Shown: positions 18,237 through 27,777 of the stretch, one piece after another
Position numbering within the stretch: position 1 is the first letter of the stretch
Layout: every line of letters begins with the position of its first letter
Program-made: the position numbers and the translations under genes
Origin: Bacteroidales bacterium
GTDB taxonomy: Bacteria > Bacteroidota > Bacteroidia > Bacteroidales > WCHB1-69
DNA length: 53,339 nt
Direction of reading: 5' to 3'
Assembly (NCBI GenBank): GCA_031287215.1
Contig: JAITTF010000150.1
Location: 1 to 53,339 of the forward strand
The notes under the pieces: generated by a model
The model's input: the letters and a program-made list of their open reading frames with translations, nothing else
Database searches by the model: none
What the model was told of the DNA's origin: nothing

Positions 18237-18488
18237 TTATTTGCACGTAAAGCGAGGAAAATCATCAGGAAGTTCGTACACTACACCAAAGGAATCGGGT
18301 TCTGTAGTAGGGAAACCTCTATGATCGGATTGCTCTGAACATTTGTTTTTGTAAAGTTCCTGTTCTTCAGTATCTCCTATTAATTGACTATTCAAATACC
18401 ATCCACAAATGCATGTCTTTTTAGTACAAGAATTTATACTAAATAAAAAAATAGACAAAAAAGATATAACAAAAAATAATTTTTTCAT
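18237..18488 (-). CDS. small Cys-containing lipoprotein, function unknown
   Basis: 83 aa. Signal peptide with lipobox-like FSINSC, and four further Cys in the mature part. It has its own consensus promoter box and sits 49 nt upstream of nadA on the same strand. Confidence 0.55.
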   Translation of the reverse strand: MKKLFFVISFLSIFLFSINSCTKKTCICGWYLNSQLIGDTEEQELYKNKCSEQSDHRGFPTTEPDSFGVVYELPDDFPRFTCK

Positions 18489-18534
18489 AATGTAAATGTT
18501 TTTGAAGTATAAAACAAGTATAATTTATTTTCCG

Positions 18535-18542
18535 CAAAAATA
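18535..18542 (-). promoter_or_regulatory. Bacteroidota-type -7 promoter box (TAnnTTTG)
   Basis: Minus-strand TATTTTTG, 47 nt upstream of ATG 18488. Confidence 0.5.
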
Positions 18543-18589
18543 CAAAAAAAAAATTGAATAATTTCTTTAGCTTCGATGTTATTTTTTAT

Positions 18590-18597
18590 TATATTTG
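18590..18597 (+). promoter_or_regulatory. Bacteroidota-type -7 promoter box (TAnnTTTG) for lpxH
   Basis: TATATTTG, 23 nt upstream of ATG 18620. It lies inside the TTG-initiated ORF-track extension (18554). Confidence 0.55.
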
Positions 18598-18619
18598 CAG
18601 GCTTATTGTATATTTAAAA

Positions 18620-19402
18620 ATGATGCAGACACTCTTTCAAAACCCGGTAATCATTCAAGGAACTGTTTTTATGGTTTCCGACTTTCATTTAGGTGCTCCT
18701 GACTACCGTACTTCTGAAGAACGAGAAGAGCGAATTGTAGCGTGGCTGTCCACCATTAGTGAAGAGGCTACCCATCTTTTTTTGCTGGGCGACATTTTTG
18801 ATTTTTGGTTTGAATATCAGGATGTTGTGCCTAAAGGATACTATAAATTTTGGAGTCAGATTTCTCTTTTGGTCAACAAAGGAATACAAATCTATTTCTT
18901 TACCGGCAATCATGATATGTGGGTGAAAAATTATTTTAAAGATAAATTTGGATTTAAAATATATAAAAAACAGCAGGCTTTTATCATCAACGGCAAAAAG
19001 TGTATGATCGGTCATGGGGATGGATTGGGCTCTGATGTCATAGGTTATAAAATTATCAAAAAACTTTTTTCATTCAAGTTTAATATTTTCTTATACAGCT
19101 TATTACATCCAAGAATTGCCTTTGGCATTGCCCATTTCTGTTCCCGTAAGAGCAGAATTTACTCTACTTCTTATCATGATCAGGAGATTAATTTTGACAC
19201 TGAAAAACTATATCAGTATATCTTAGATGTGTCTTCTAAAGAGGAGATAGACTATTTTATTTATGGGCATCGACATTTACCTCTTGAGATCAAAATGCCG
19301 ACCGGTTCAGTCTATTACAATACGGGGGATTGGATGACGCATGATTCGTGGTTGCGGATGGATGACCATCATATTTTACTTTTTCAAAAAACAGATCTTT
19401 AA
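18620..19402 (+). CDS. lpxH: UDP-2,3-diacylglucosamine diphosphatase
   Basis: Metallophosphoesterase motifs VSDFHLG, GDIFDFW, GNHD, GHGD, GHRH in an LpxH-sized protein. The start was moved from TTG 18554 to ATG 18620, downstream of the promoter box. Confidence 0.82.
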   Translation: MMQTLFQNPVIIQGTVFMVSDFHLGAPDYRTSEEREERIVAWLSTISEEATHLFLLGDIFDFWFEYQDVVPKGYYKFWSQISLLVNKGIQIYFFTGNHDMWVKNYFKDKFGFKIYKKQQAFIINGKKCMIGHGDGLGSDVIGYKIIKKLFSFKFNIFLYSLLHPRIAFGIAHFCSRKSRIYSTSYHDQEINFDTEKLYQYILDVSSKEEIDYFIYGHRHLPLEIKMPTGSVYYNTGDWMTHDSWLRMDDHHILLFQKTDL

Positions 19403-19403
19403 A

Positions 19404-20768
19404 ATGACAAAAAAACTTTTTTTTACCCTTATGCTCTTGAGTTTAGTCTTCAGGACTACAGGACAAGACTTTACCGGAGATTGGTATGGCAGATTTAAAT
19501 CGCCTATCTCAGTATTTACTATGGGGATTCATATTAGTGAGCAAGATTCGATTTATACCGCTACGATGACTTCTATTGATCAAAACGATAAGGCAATACC
19601 GTGCGATACCGTCATGATTGACCACGATAAAATAACTTTGACGATCCACAAACTGAATATAACCTATACCGGCATTCTTGACACTAACCATAGGATTAAA
19701 GGAATTTTTTCACAGCATGGAGGCAATTTCACGTTAAATCTAACTCGTGAAAAATTAGAAAAATTTGCGCGCCCTCAAGACCCTATAAAACCTTATACCT
19801 ATCAAGAAGAGGAGGTTGTCTTCAAAAATAATATTGATGATATTCAATTAGCAGGTACCTTAACGATGCCTCTGCAGGGCACCTCTTTTCCGGCGGTAGT
19901 GCTCATCAGTGGTAGTGGAGCACAAAACCGTGATGAAGAGATGTTAAGTCATAGACCTTTTCTGGTATTGGCAGACCATCTGACCCGAAATGGCATTGCG
20001 GTACTGCGCTTTGATGACCGGGGAATAGCGGCTTCAGAAGGCGATTTTGCTACTGCTATTACAACCGATTTTGCAAAAGATGTAGAGGCTGCCATACAAT
20101 ACTTACTTACCCGAAAAGAAATCAATCCTAATCAAATTGGCTTAATTGGACATAGTGAAGGAGGTACAATTGCTCCTATTGTAGCCGCTCGAAATCCTCA
20201 AGTAGCATTTATCGTGCTTTTGGCGGCTCCCGGATACTCTGGATATACAACTGTTTTAGACCAAGTATTAGCCCTTAATCAAGGTAATAGTAAAATCAAA
20301 GAGATCAAAAAACAACAAATAGAGTTTTTAGATATTATTAACAATAGTATAATTAAAACTAGTGATGACCACCAAAAATTGGAACAGGATTTAATCCGGT
20401 ATTTCAAAAAAATTGGAAAGTCAGACCCTGAAATCAAAGCTACATTGCCTACAGTACTTGCTCCATGGTACTCATTTTACATCAAATTTGATCCTACTTC
20501 GACCTTAAAACAGGTAAAATGTCCGGTATTAGTACTCAATGGATCCAAAGACAAGCAGGTCATCTCCCCCAAGAATCTATTAGCGGTTGAGAAAAAAATA
20601 AAAAAAGGAGGTAACAAGCAAGTTACGGCTATAGAATTGCCTGGACTAAACCACCTGTTTCAAGAGTGTTCCTTAGGGTATCATACAGAGTATTTCCATA
20701 TTAATCAAACCTTTTCACCGATAGCTTTAGAAGAAATTTCTAAATGGATCATCAATCAGGGAAAATAG
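19404..20768 (+). CDS. secreted alpha/beta-fold hydrolase
   Basis: Signal peptide MTKKLFFTLMLLSLVFRTTGQ and nucleophile elbow GHSEGG. A beta-rich N-domain of about 110 aa precedes the hydrolase fold. The ATG sits 1 nt after the lpxH stop. Confidence 0.8.
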   Translation: MTKKLFFTLMLLSLVFRTTGQDFTGDWYGRFKSPISVFTMGIHISEQDSIYTATMTSIDQNDKAIPCDTVMIDHDKITLTIHKLNITYTGILDTNHRIKGIFSQHGGNFTLNLTREKLEKFARPQDPIKPYTYQEEEVVFKNNIDDIQLAGTLTMPLQGTSFPAVVLISGSGAQNRDEEMLSHRPFLVLADHLTRNGIAVLRFDDRGIAASEGDFATAITTDFAKDVEAAIQYLLTRKEINPNQIGLIGHSEGGTIAPIVAARNPQVAFIVLLAAPGYSGYTTVLDQVLALNQGNSKIKEIKKQQIEFLDIINNSIIKTSDDHQKLEQDLIRYFKKIGKSDPEIKATLPTVLAPWYSFYIKFDPTSTLKQVKCPVLVLNGSKDKQVISPKNLLAVEKKIKKGGNKQVTAIELPGLNHLFQECSLGYHTEYFHINQTFSPIALEEISKWIINQGK

Positions 20769-20816
20769 GATAGTCATCGTAGATTACCAGTTGATTTATT
20801 GTTTGTATCATTTTTT

Positions 20817-22811
20817 TTAACGCGAAATTGTGAGCCCCAGATTGTGAGCAAGCATTTTGCGCTTCTCTAAGACCTCTATCAATTTCTTGGTGATATTATT
20901 TGTAACCTCTTCCTGTTCAGGAATTGATAATTCGGGATGAGGTTGTGATAATTCAAGCATTAATTGCTCTCTGTATTTTTCTAAAACCCTAAGTTTAAAT
21001 AGATTAACATGATGTTCGACATTGTCGGTGAGCTTTTTCTGATTATTGTCTAATGTATTGGTAATTACATCAAATTTGTTTTCCCAATCGGGACTGTAGG
21101 TAGGGTCGGTATTGAGCAGATGTTGAATTGCAAATTCTTGAATAGCTGTATCTTCATGCGATGAAAATCGTTTTTTTATCTCATCTTGATCTTCAGAAAG
21201 CAGGGCAATATCAGGATATTCTTCAAAAATTTTCTGGAAAAGTGCATTGGCAAAAAGTACATTTTCTTCATATAACTCATCAAAGATATATTGGTCAATC
21301 CTCATTTTCTCGTAGAAAGGCTTTTCTTCATCGTCAAAGCGTTCAATATCAATATCAAACATGCCATATTTGAGGATCAACAATATCATATTTTTTTCGA
21401 TATTCTTCAGTGGGTCTTCTTTGAAGGTGTGCAGTTCAGGGCGAGGGGTTACAGGATTAATGACCACATCGGATACCGGCTCGGTACTGTCCTGAGCATG
21501 TATTTTTTTCCAGATTACTTTACGCAATTGAGCATTGAGGGTCTCCTCCGGCAGTTCAAAAATAGAGGCACACTCTTTGACGTAAAACATGCGGGCGATG
21601 GCATCTCTCACATCTGCAATGGAGTTGATCATCTCATTGACCATAGCCGCTCTTTTTACGGGGTCTTTACCGGCTTCTTTGGATAATACTTTAACTTTAA
21701 AGAGCAAAAAGTCGGTTGTATTTTCTTCCAGAAAAGCGGTGAGTTCGGAGGCACGATGTTTACGGGCAAAAGAGTCAGGGTCTTCACCATCGGGAAGCAG
21801 TGCTACTTTCACATTCAAACCGGCTTGCAGTAGCATGTCAATTCCACGAAGGGAGGCTTTAATGCCGGCATTATCACCATCGTAAAGTACTGTAATATTT
21901 TGTGTCTGTGAGGCAATCAGTTTGATTTGGCGTTCGGTCAAGGCAGTCCCTGAAGAGGCTACTACGTTTTCTATCCCCGATTGCACCATAGAGATCACAT
22001 CAGTATAACCCTCCACCAAATAGACATTATCTTTAGCACGGATACTTTTTTTAGCAAAATAGTATCCGTAAAGGATTTCACTCTTGTGATAAATCTCACT
22101 TTCGGGAGAGTTGAAATACTTGGAACTCTTTTCGTTTTTCTGTAAAATACGGGCGCCAAAGCCCACAATTTTTCCTAATCCATTGTGAATAGGAAAGATA
22201 ACTCTACCATGGTAAAAATCAAAAAGTTTGCCACTTTCACTTTTTTTGGTCAATCCCAATTGGGTAAGGAACTCTTCCTTATATCCGCTTTTGAGGGCTA
22301 TTTGTGTAAATTGATCCCAGCCGGAAGGACAATATCCTAACCTGAATTTCTTGATTGTGGACTCCGATAAATCGCGTTCTCTAAAGTAACTCAATCCGTA
22401 AGTTTTCCCCTCATCGCTATTCCAAAGCTGGTCAACGAAATATTTTTCTGCAAAATCATTCAGCAAAAAGAGGCTTTCACGAAGGGTATCGGAGGTTTTC
22501 TGTTCAAAAGTTTTCTCCTCCTCTTCTTGGATGGCGATATTGTACTTTTTTGCTAAATAGCGCAGTGCTTCAGGGTAAGAGATCTTCTCATGTTCCATCA
22601 GAAACTTTGCAGCTCCCCCTTTGGCATCACACACAAAACAGTTATAAATCCCCAAGCGAGGGCTTACATACATGGATGGATTTTTATCGTCATGAAAAGG
22701 ACAGGTGCCTACAAAATTCTGTCCCCTTCGTTTCAGGGTAACAAAATCTCCGACTACCTCATCAATCTTTGCAATGGACAGTATCTCATCTATAGTCTGT
22801 TTAGAAATCAT
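20817..22811 (-). CDS. dnaG: DNA primase
   Basis: Zinc-ribbon CPFHDDKNPSM...CFVC and TOPRIM motifs (VEGYTDV, YDGDNAG). 664 aa. Confidence 0.95.
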   Translation of the reverse strand: MISKQTIDEILSIAKIDEVVGDFVTLKRRGQNFVGTCPFHDDKNPSMYVSPRLGIYNCFVCDAKGGAAKFLMEHEKISYPEALRYLAKKYNIAIQEEEEKTFEQKTSDTLRESLFLLNDFAEKYFVDQLWNSDEGKTYGLSYFRERDLSESTIKKFRLGYCPSGWDQFTQIALKSGYKEEFLTQLGLTKKSESGKLFDFYHGRVIFPIHNGLGKIVGFGARILQKNEKSSKYFNSPESEIYHKSEILYGYYFAKKSIRAKDNVYLVEGYTDVISMVQSGIENVVASSGTALTERQIKLIASQTQNITVLYDGDNAGIKASLRGIDMLLQAGLNVKVALLPDGEDPDSFARKHRASELTAFLEENTTDFLLFKVKVLSKEAGKDPVKRAAMVNEMINSIADVRDAIARMFYVKECASIFELPEETLNAQLRKVIWKKIHAQDSTEPVSDVVINPVTPRPELHTFKEDPLKNIEKNMILLILKYGMFDIDIERFDDEEKPFYEKMRIDQYIFDELYEENVLFANALFQKIFEEYPDIALLSEDQDEIKKRFSSHEDTAIQEFAIQHLLNTDPTYSPDWENKFDVITNTLDNNQKKLTDNVEHHVNLFKLRVLEKYREQLMLELSQPHPELSIPEQEEVTNNITKKLIEVLEKRKMLAHNLGLTISR

Positions 22812-22827
22812 GCTATTGTATAGATGA

Positions 22828-24582
22828 TTAATAATTGATCTTAAAATTCTGAAAAGTTTTATCCTCTTTCATCAAAGTTACAGCATGTTGGAAAGTATCA
22901 TCACTCAACAAGAAAATCTGATAGGCTTCGCCAAAAGTGAACAGATTGCGTGCAAATTCAAACTTAAGATACTCTTTGATAAATTCTCCCGCTTTCTCTT
23001 CGTTTCTTAATCTAACGGACATATTATAAGACTCTTTAATAAAATCTTGCATCATAACTTCCAATTGATCCAACTGATTAATATCCTCAATTTTAGTATA
23101 AAGAGAATCTAAACTGCCTTTTTTATCATTAATAAAAGAGGTCATTCTTGCTGAAAAGAGCAATGGTACGGTATCTTTGATGCCCTCTTTTTTGGCATAA
23201 GCCATAAATTCTTGGTACAAGTCGTCAGAGATATTAAAATCTTTTTTGAAAATGTCGATAGTAGGATATTTTGCAGCCAAATTTTCTTTATTAGACTCCA
23301 TATAATCAAGTGTAAAGGCACTAAAAAGTCCTTTTCTATACATTTCATTATAAAGGGTAGAATATTTAGAGGTATCATAAGGGATAAAAATATCGGGCAT
23401 AATACCGCCACCACCATAAACCACACGTCCTCTTGGGGTATAATATTTCAATGAATCAGGAAAAGAGACACTATCGGCAGTGATATACTCACCACGTTTG
23501 TAGCGGTTGTTTAATTCAGAAAAATATTGCTCTAACCCATCATTATAAGGTTTTTGAATACAACGACCTGTAGGGGTATAATAGTGTGAAGTAGTTAAAC
23601 GGATTTGGGAGTGGTCTTGCAGATTCAATGGTCTTTGTACCAATCCTTTGCCAAAAGTCCTACGCCCCAAAATCAGACCTCTATCCCAATCTTGTACGGC
23701 ACCGGAAACGATCTCGCTGGCAGAAGCCGAATTTTCATCTACTAAGAGGATTAATTTACCATTTTTAAACAAGCCCTCTTTTTGGGCGCGCATCTCTTCT
23801 CTGTAGTGATGCACATTATCGGTATAGACGATGAGGTTATTTTCTTTAATAAACTGATTTGAGATTTTAAAGGCAACATCCAAATAGCCACCACCATTAC
23901 CCCGCAGGTCAAAGATGAGGTTTTTAAGTCCTTTGGTTTTCAGAGTTTTGAGGGCATCTTCAAATTCGGCTGTTGAGGTTTGTGCAAAGCGTTCTAAGCG
24001 AATATAACCGGTATTTTTGTCCACCATAAAGGAGACGTTGATACTGTTCATTGGGATTTTGTCGCGAGTGATGGTAAATTCTATCAGTTCGGGGCGTTTA
24101 CCTCTTTTGACAAAGAGGTGTACTTTAGTGCCTTTAGTACCTCTCACATGGTCGGCAACCCATTTATTAGAAATTTTTTTGCCGGTAGCATCAAAAGTAT
24201 CTACTTTTACAATCTTATCGCCAGCCATCAGCCCTACTTTTTCTGAGGGACCCCCTACCAGCACTTCCATCACATTGACTGTATCTTTGATGATTTGGAA
24301 AGTGATGCCAATCCCATCAAAAGCACCTTGCAGCGGCTCATTAGCAGTAGCAACCTCTTTGGCGGGAATAAAAACCGAATGTGGGTCCAGCTCTTTCAAG
24401 ATCTCCACAATGCCGGTCTCTACCAATTTGGTAAAGTCAACGGTATCCACGTAAAGATCATTGATAGAACGCAATACCTGATTCATTTTGGTATTGTTTA
24501 CAGAATAGGAAGCATTCTGAGCAACTATTGTACAGCTCATTAAGATAGTCAAAACCAGACTAATACAGATATTTTTCTTCAT
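22828..24582 (-). CDS. S41-family C-terminal processing peptidase
   Basis: Signal peptide, PDZ-like segment (GLMAGDKIVKVD), S41 catalytic region (DENSASASEIVSGA ... GRRTFGKGLVQ). Confidence 0.9.
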   Translation of the reverse strand: MKKNICISLVLTILMSCTIVAQNASYSVNNTKMNQVLRSINDLYVDTVDFTKLVETGIVEILKELDPHSVFIPAKEVATANEPLQGAFDGIGITFQIIKDTVNVMEVLVGGPSEKVGLMAGDKIVKVDTFDATGKKISNKWVADHVRGTKGTKVHLFVKRGKRPELIEFTITRDKIPMNSINVSFMVDKNTGYIRLERFAQTSTAEFEDALKTLKTKGLKNLIFDLRGNGGGYLDVAFKISNQFIKENNLIVYTDNVHHYREEMRAQKEGLFKNGKLILLVDENSASASEIVSGAVQDWDRGLILGRRTFGKGLVQRPLNLQDHSQIRLTTSHYYTPTGRCIQKPYNDGLEQYFSELNNRYKRGEYITADSVSFPDSLKYYTPRGRVVYGGGGIMPDIFIPYDTSKYSTLYNEMYRKGLFSAFTLDYMESNKENLAAKYPTIDIFKKDFNISDDLYQEFMAYAKKEGIKDTVPLLFSARMTSFINDKKGSLDSLYTKIEDINQLDQLEVMMQDFIKESYNMSVRLRNEEKAGEFIKEYLKFEFARNLFTFGEAYQIFLLSDDTFQHAVTLMKEDKTFQNFKINY

Positions 24583-24616
24583 AAAATAGGAATAAAAAAT
24601 TCAAGTTAGCGTTATT

Positions 24617-27523
24617 TTATTTTTTTACGCATCTCACACTGATGCCATTTGCTTTTTTGTAATCAATAATATAAGATTCAGGGCATCCGGTAATAAAGTT
24701 ACAAGCTTTTGCCGTTTCGGAAGCCGATGATTCGGAAGTCCAGAAATAGCCAAAGAGTTGCAACAGATAACCACCTCCTACCGAAGGATCATAATAACCT
24801 GCCGGTCTGACGGTAAGTCCTGAAGCATTGGTAACAGCAGGATCATTTTTCCAATAGCTGAGGTCAGTAGCTTTCAGATCATCGGTGCCGCCTGCGATGA
24901 GGGAGGTAGCTTCTGCTACGGTAGGCAGTCTCCAGCCTTGAGGACACACTTGTTGCGCATTTCTAAAGTCATACAATCTGCCAAATTCTATTTCATTATT
25001 AGCTTCGTTAGAATATTCATCAGAAACATAGACGTATGAGGTAATCGAATTGCCAAGGCTGTCTTGTTGTGTTTTTAAATTAGAATTTAACCAGCAAACG
25101 CCATTGATCAAGATGCCATAATAGTAATTGCCTTCAGCATCTATCGCTGTACCGCAAGGCACCCCTACGGAAGGGGTAACGATGAGGTTAAGCCTAATGA
25201 GGCTATCACAACCCAAAGCAGTGGTAAGCAAATGGGTATAGATCCCCGGCAGGGTAAGAGGAACACCAAAGAAAGTATAGCTATCCCCATCAATAATGGA
25301 AACTACGAGGTCGGTAGGAGCTAAAGCAGGATTGGGGTAGGTATAATATTGCGTACCTTCGGTATAGATAGCGTACAAAGTATGGTTGCTTGCAGGCAGG
25401 TAACTTGAAGAGGAAACAATTGTGGGAGCACCGGTAGTGGCAGTAGTAAGTGGTGCAGTAGCCCAGCCATAGAAAGTCCATGTAGCAGGAGGGCAAGTAA
25501 CAGCAAGGGCAGTAGCTGCCGGCAAAACAAGAGTTTCTTCACAATAGGTCTGTGATACCGATGGAGTAGCTACTGTACCGCTACCGGCATCAAAAGAAAC
25601 CGTACTCAATGGAACCGTTTCTAAAGTAATGGTTGAATCAGCACTATTGGTAGTGCCAAAGCCATTAGTAGCAAAAGTTCTTACATAATAGGTACCACCA
25701 CAGTCAAGACCGTAAATGGTAATTTCAAAAGCACTACCGAAGAGTGAAATCGTAGTAGCAGTCGAAAAATCAGCTACTGTATCATATTCAAATCCATAAT
25801 CAGTAATCGTACAATGAGCACCTGCCACTACGCTTCCGATAGGAGATGAAATCTCTACGCTATGTGCTGTTTTTGTACCTACGGTTACAGCTCCTACATC
25901 CGGAAGGGTTGCACATGCCTGACAAGGCTCGGAATAATAAATAAACTCTTCATGTTCTTTGAATAGATATAATTCGTCTGTAACATTGGTGTTATAAGAG
26001 TTATTATAGCAAGAAAAGAGAAGGTTTGTGGCATCGGCATAATTATATTTGATAACATTACGTGTTGCTTTTCCCGTACAAACAATAGATATTATTCCTG
26101 AGTTTACGTTAATAGTAAAATTACTATAAATATCAGGAGTTGTAGTTATTTTTAAACGATTATTATCTTCACTTGTTGCAGTAAGATAATAAGTACCTAC
26201 TCTGAATTGATAATTGCCGATAGAGCCTTCTAAAGTAAAAGGAGTAGGATTTAAGGTTGCCGGTAAAGTTATCTGATTGCCTGATACGGTAACTAAAACG
26301 CCCTTTTGGTTATTTCCGGTGAGAGTATCTCTGATAGCTCTCCATTCATTACTTAGATTATGAGCGGCAATCAGATAGCGCGCACCGATTCCTAATTCGC
26401 TGACATCATTAATTTTAGCATACACATTACCCGAAAGAGTGCTTTTTGCATAGATGGCATACAAAGTATGGTCGGTAGTAGGTACGTAACTCGTAGAAGA
26501 GACTATCGTAGGGGCAGTAGCAGTTTCTGTGGAGAGCGGTACGGTTGACCAGCCGTAGAAAGCCCATGGATCTGAAGGGGCGCAAGAAACAGGAGGGGTA
26601 GCGGCAGGCAGTACTAAAGCCTCATCACAATAGGTCTGAGCAACAGAAGGTACGCCCACAGTGCCGGTGCCGGCATGAAGGGTAACAGTGTAAGTGGTAG
26701 CAACAGGCAATGTAAGCACTGAGGTATCGGTAGCACTTTCGGTAAAACCGGATTTCCAGGCTATAGCCTTAATGGTAGTACTTTCACAAATATCAAAGGG
26801 AGCAGAGTAAATGGCAGATGAGGTAGTAGGTTCCGAACCATCCATAGTATAACGGATTGTAGCGTCTGACGTAGCGCAAGAAATAGAAACCGTAACAGGA
26901 GAGTTAGAGAAAAGCCCTGTTGCCGGCGTGATTACCGGAGTGGCTACTACCGGAGGTGCACCGGAAACTCCCGTAAGCAAGAGGTCGTCAAGTCTATATT
27001 CTTCATTAGTCAGATCTGAAAATTTCAAATAAATAGTTGCCGATGACGGAATACCTGACGAGATAGTTACATAATGCCAAATAGCCGTACCACTACCTGT
27101 TGGTAAGACATTGTCTAAAAATAAGGAGGTGTACGTTATATCATCAGTAGAAACTTCTATCTTGAAATTTGAGCCATTGTCTGCTACTGCTGATTTTTTT
27201 AAACCGAACTGGAGTTTTAAGTTAGTGTAACCAAGCGTATTAATTCCACCTATTTTAAACCATTTGGTAGCATTGTTAATCATTACATTGCCAGCACCTG
27301 AGGCTGTAGTGTATCCTGAAGAAGGAGATGTAATACGTACATCACAAGCACCACCACCCAAATAGGTAACAGTACTATTTGACCAGCCTGTAAAAATGTT
27401 AACATTGATAGTCCCCGAAGGTGTACCCATGTTTTCCGAATAAATGGTAACTTGAGCCAAAAGTGTGGCACAAGAGAAGCATGCTAATAAGAAGCAAAAA
27501 GATAATAATAAAAATTTTTTCAT
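24617..27523 (-). CDS. large modular secreted/surface protein: chitobiase-C-like domain, two Listeria-Bacteroides repeats, FN3-like module, C-terminal Fibrobacter-paralogous (FISUMP) domain
   Basis: Signal peptide MKKFLLLSFCFLLACFSCATLLAQ. ATIRYTMDGSEPT module. Two about 82-aa repeats with F-YGW...HTLYAIY. C-terminus with CPQGWRLPT ... FGYFWTSE ... SVRCVKK. The track start 27586 is GTG; the first ATG, 27523, gives a canonical signal peptide. Confidence 0.85.
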   Translation of the reverse strand: MKKFLLLSFCFLLACFSCATLLAQVTIYSENMGTPSGTINVNIFTGWSNSTVTYLGGGACDVRITSPSSGYTTASGAGNVMINNATKWFKIGGINTLGYTNLKLQFGLKKSAVADNGSNFKIEVSTDDITYTSLFLDNVLPTGSGTAIWHYVTISSGIPSSATIYLKFSDLTNEEYRLDDLLLTGVSGAPPVVATPVITPATGLFSNSPVTVSISCATSDATIRYTMDGSEPTTSSAIYSAPFDICESTTIKAIAWKSGFTESATDTSVLTLPVATTYTVTLHAGTGTVGVPSVAQTYCDEALVLPAATPPVSCAPSDPWAFYGWSTVPLSTETATAPTIVSSTSYVPTTDHTLYAIYAKSTLSGNVYAKINDVSELGIGARYLIAAHNLSNEWRAIRDTLTGNNQKGVLVTVSGNQITLPATLNPTPFTLEGSIGNYQFRVGTYYLTATSEDNNRLKITTTPDIYSNFTINVNSGIISIVCTGKATRNVIKYNYADATNLLFSCYNNSYNTNVTDELYLFKEHEEFIYYSEPCQACATLPDVGAVTVGTKTAHSVEISSPIGSVVAGAHCTITDYGFEYDTVADFSTATTISLFGSAFEITIYGLDCGGTYYVRTFATNGFGTTNSADSTITLETVPLSTVSFDAGSGTVATPSVSQTYCEETLVLPAATALAVTCPPATWTFYGWATAPLTTATTGAPTIVSSSSYLPASNHTLYAIYTEGTQYYTYPNPALAPTDLVVSIIDGDSYTFFGVPLTLPGIYTHLLTTALGCDSLIRLNLIVTPSVGVPCGTAIDAEGNYYYGILINGVCWLNSNLKTQQDSLGNSITSYVYVSDEYSNEANNEIEFGRLYDFRNAQQVCPQGWRLPTVAEATSLIAGGTDDLKATDLSYWKNDPAVTNASGLTVRPAGYYDPSVGGGYLLQLFGYFWTSESSASETAKACNFITGCPESYIIDYKKANGISVRCVKK
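25361..25603 (-). repeat. Listeria-Bacteroides-type repeat, copy 2 (intragenic)
   Basis: Encodes TVSFDAGSGTVATPSVSQTYCEETLVLPAA...WTFYGWATAPL...NHTLYAIYT. It shares the 14-mer tcacaataggtctg (25539..25552) with copy 1. Confidence 0.8.
26447..26695 (-). repeat. Listeria-Bacteroides-type repeat, copy 1 (intragenic)
   Basis: Encodes TYTVTLHAGTGTVGVPSVAQTYCDEALVLPAA...WAFYGWSTVPL...DHTLYAIYA. The 14-mer tcacaataggtctg at 26625..26638 lies exactly 1086 nt (362 codons) from copy 2. Confidence 0.8.
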
Positions 27524-27635
27524 TTTAAAATTGATTTTATTTATTAATTTTATAGTTTTAGTTAAGAAGATCCCTTCAAAAGGCACATTTTCTCCTACAC
27601 CAATACCACAACTCCTTCAGAGTTGGTTCAACCTG

Positions 27636-27643
27636 CAAAAATA
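27636..27643 (-). promoter_or_regulatory. Bacteroidota-type -7 promoter box (TAnnTTTG) for the large surface-protein gene
   Basis: Minus-strand TATTTTTG, 113 nt upstream of ATG 27523. Confidence 0.45.
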
Positions 27644-27714
27644 ATAAAAATAATGATATGTTTGTTTTTTGGGAAAATGGGGTTAATTCTTTTTTTTTGT
27701 GTTAAAATATTCGC

Positions 27715-27722
27715 TATATTTG
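27715..27722 (+). promoter_or_regulatory. Bacteroidota-type -7 promoter box (TAnnTTTG) for the NfeD/flotillin operon
   Basis: TATATTTG, 56 nt upstream of ATG 27778. Confidence 0.55.
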
Positions 27723-27777
27723 CAGGGCAATTTTTTGATAAAAGAGCACCTAATTAAAAATAAAAAAAAACGATATT

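Noticed and set aside
21161-21885. Plus-strand ORFs of 70-131 aa antisense to dnaG, and similar ones at 24017..24454 (antisense to the S41 peptidase) and 30784..31212 (antisense to DegT).
   Set aside because: They have no start context, no promoter box and no recognisable motifs. The sense-strand genes are full-length with strong family signatures.
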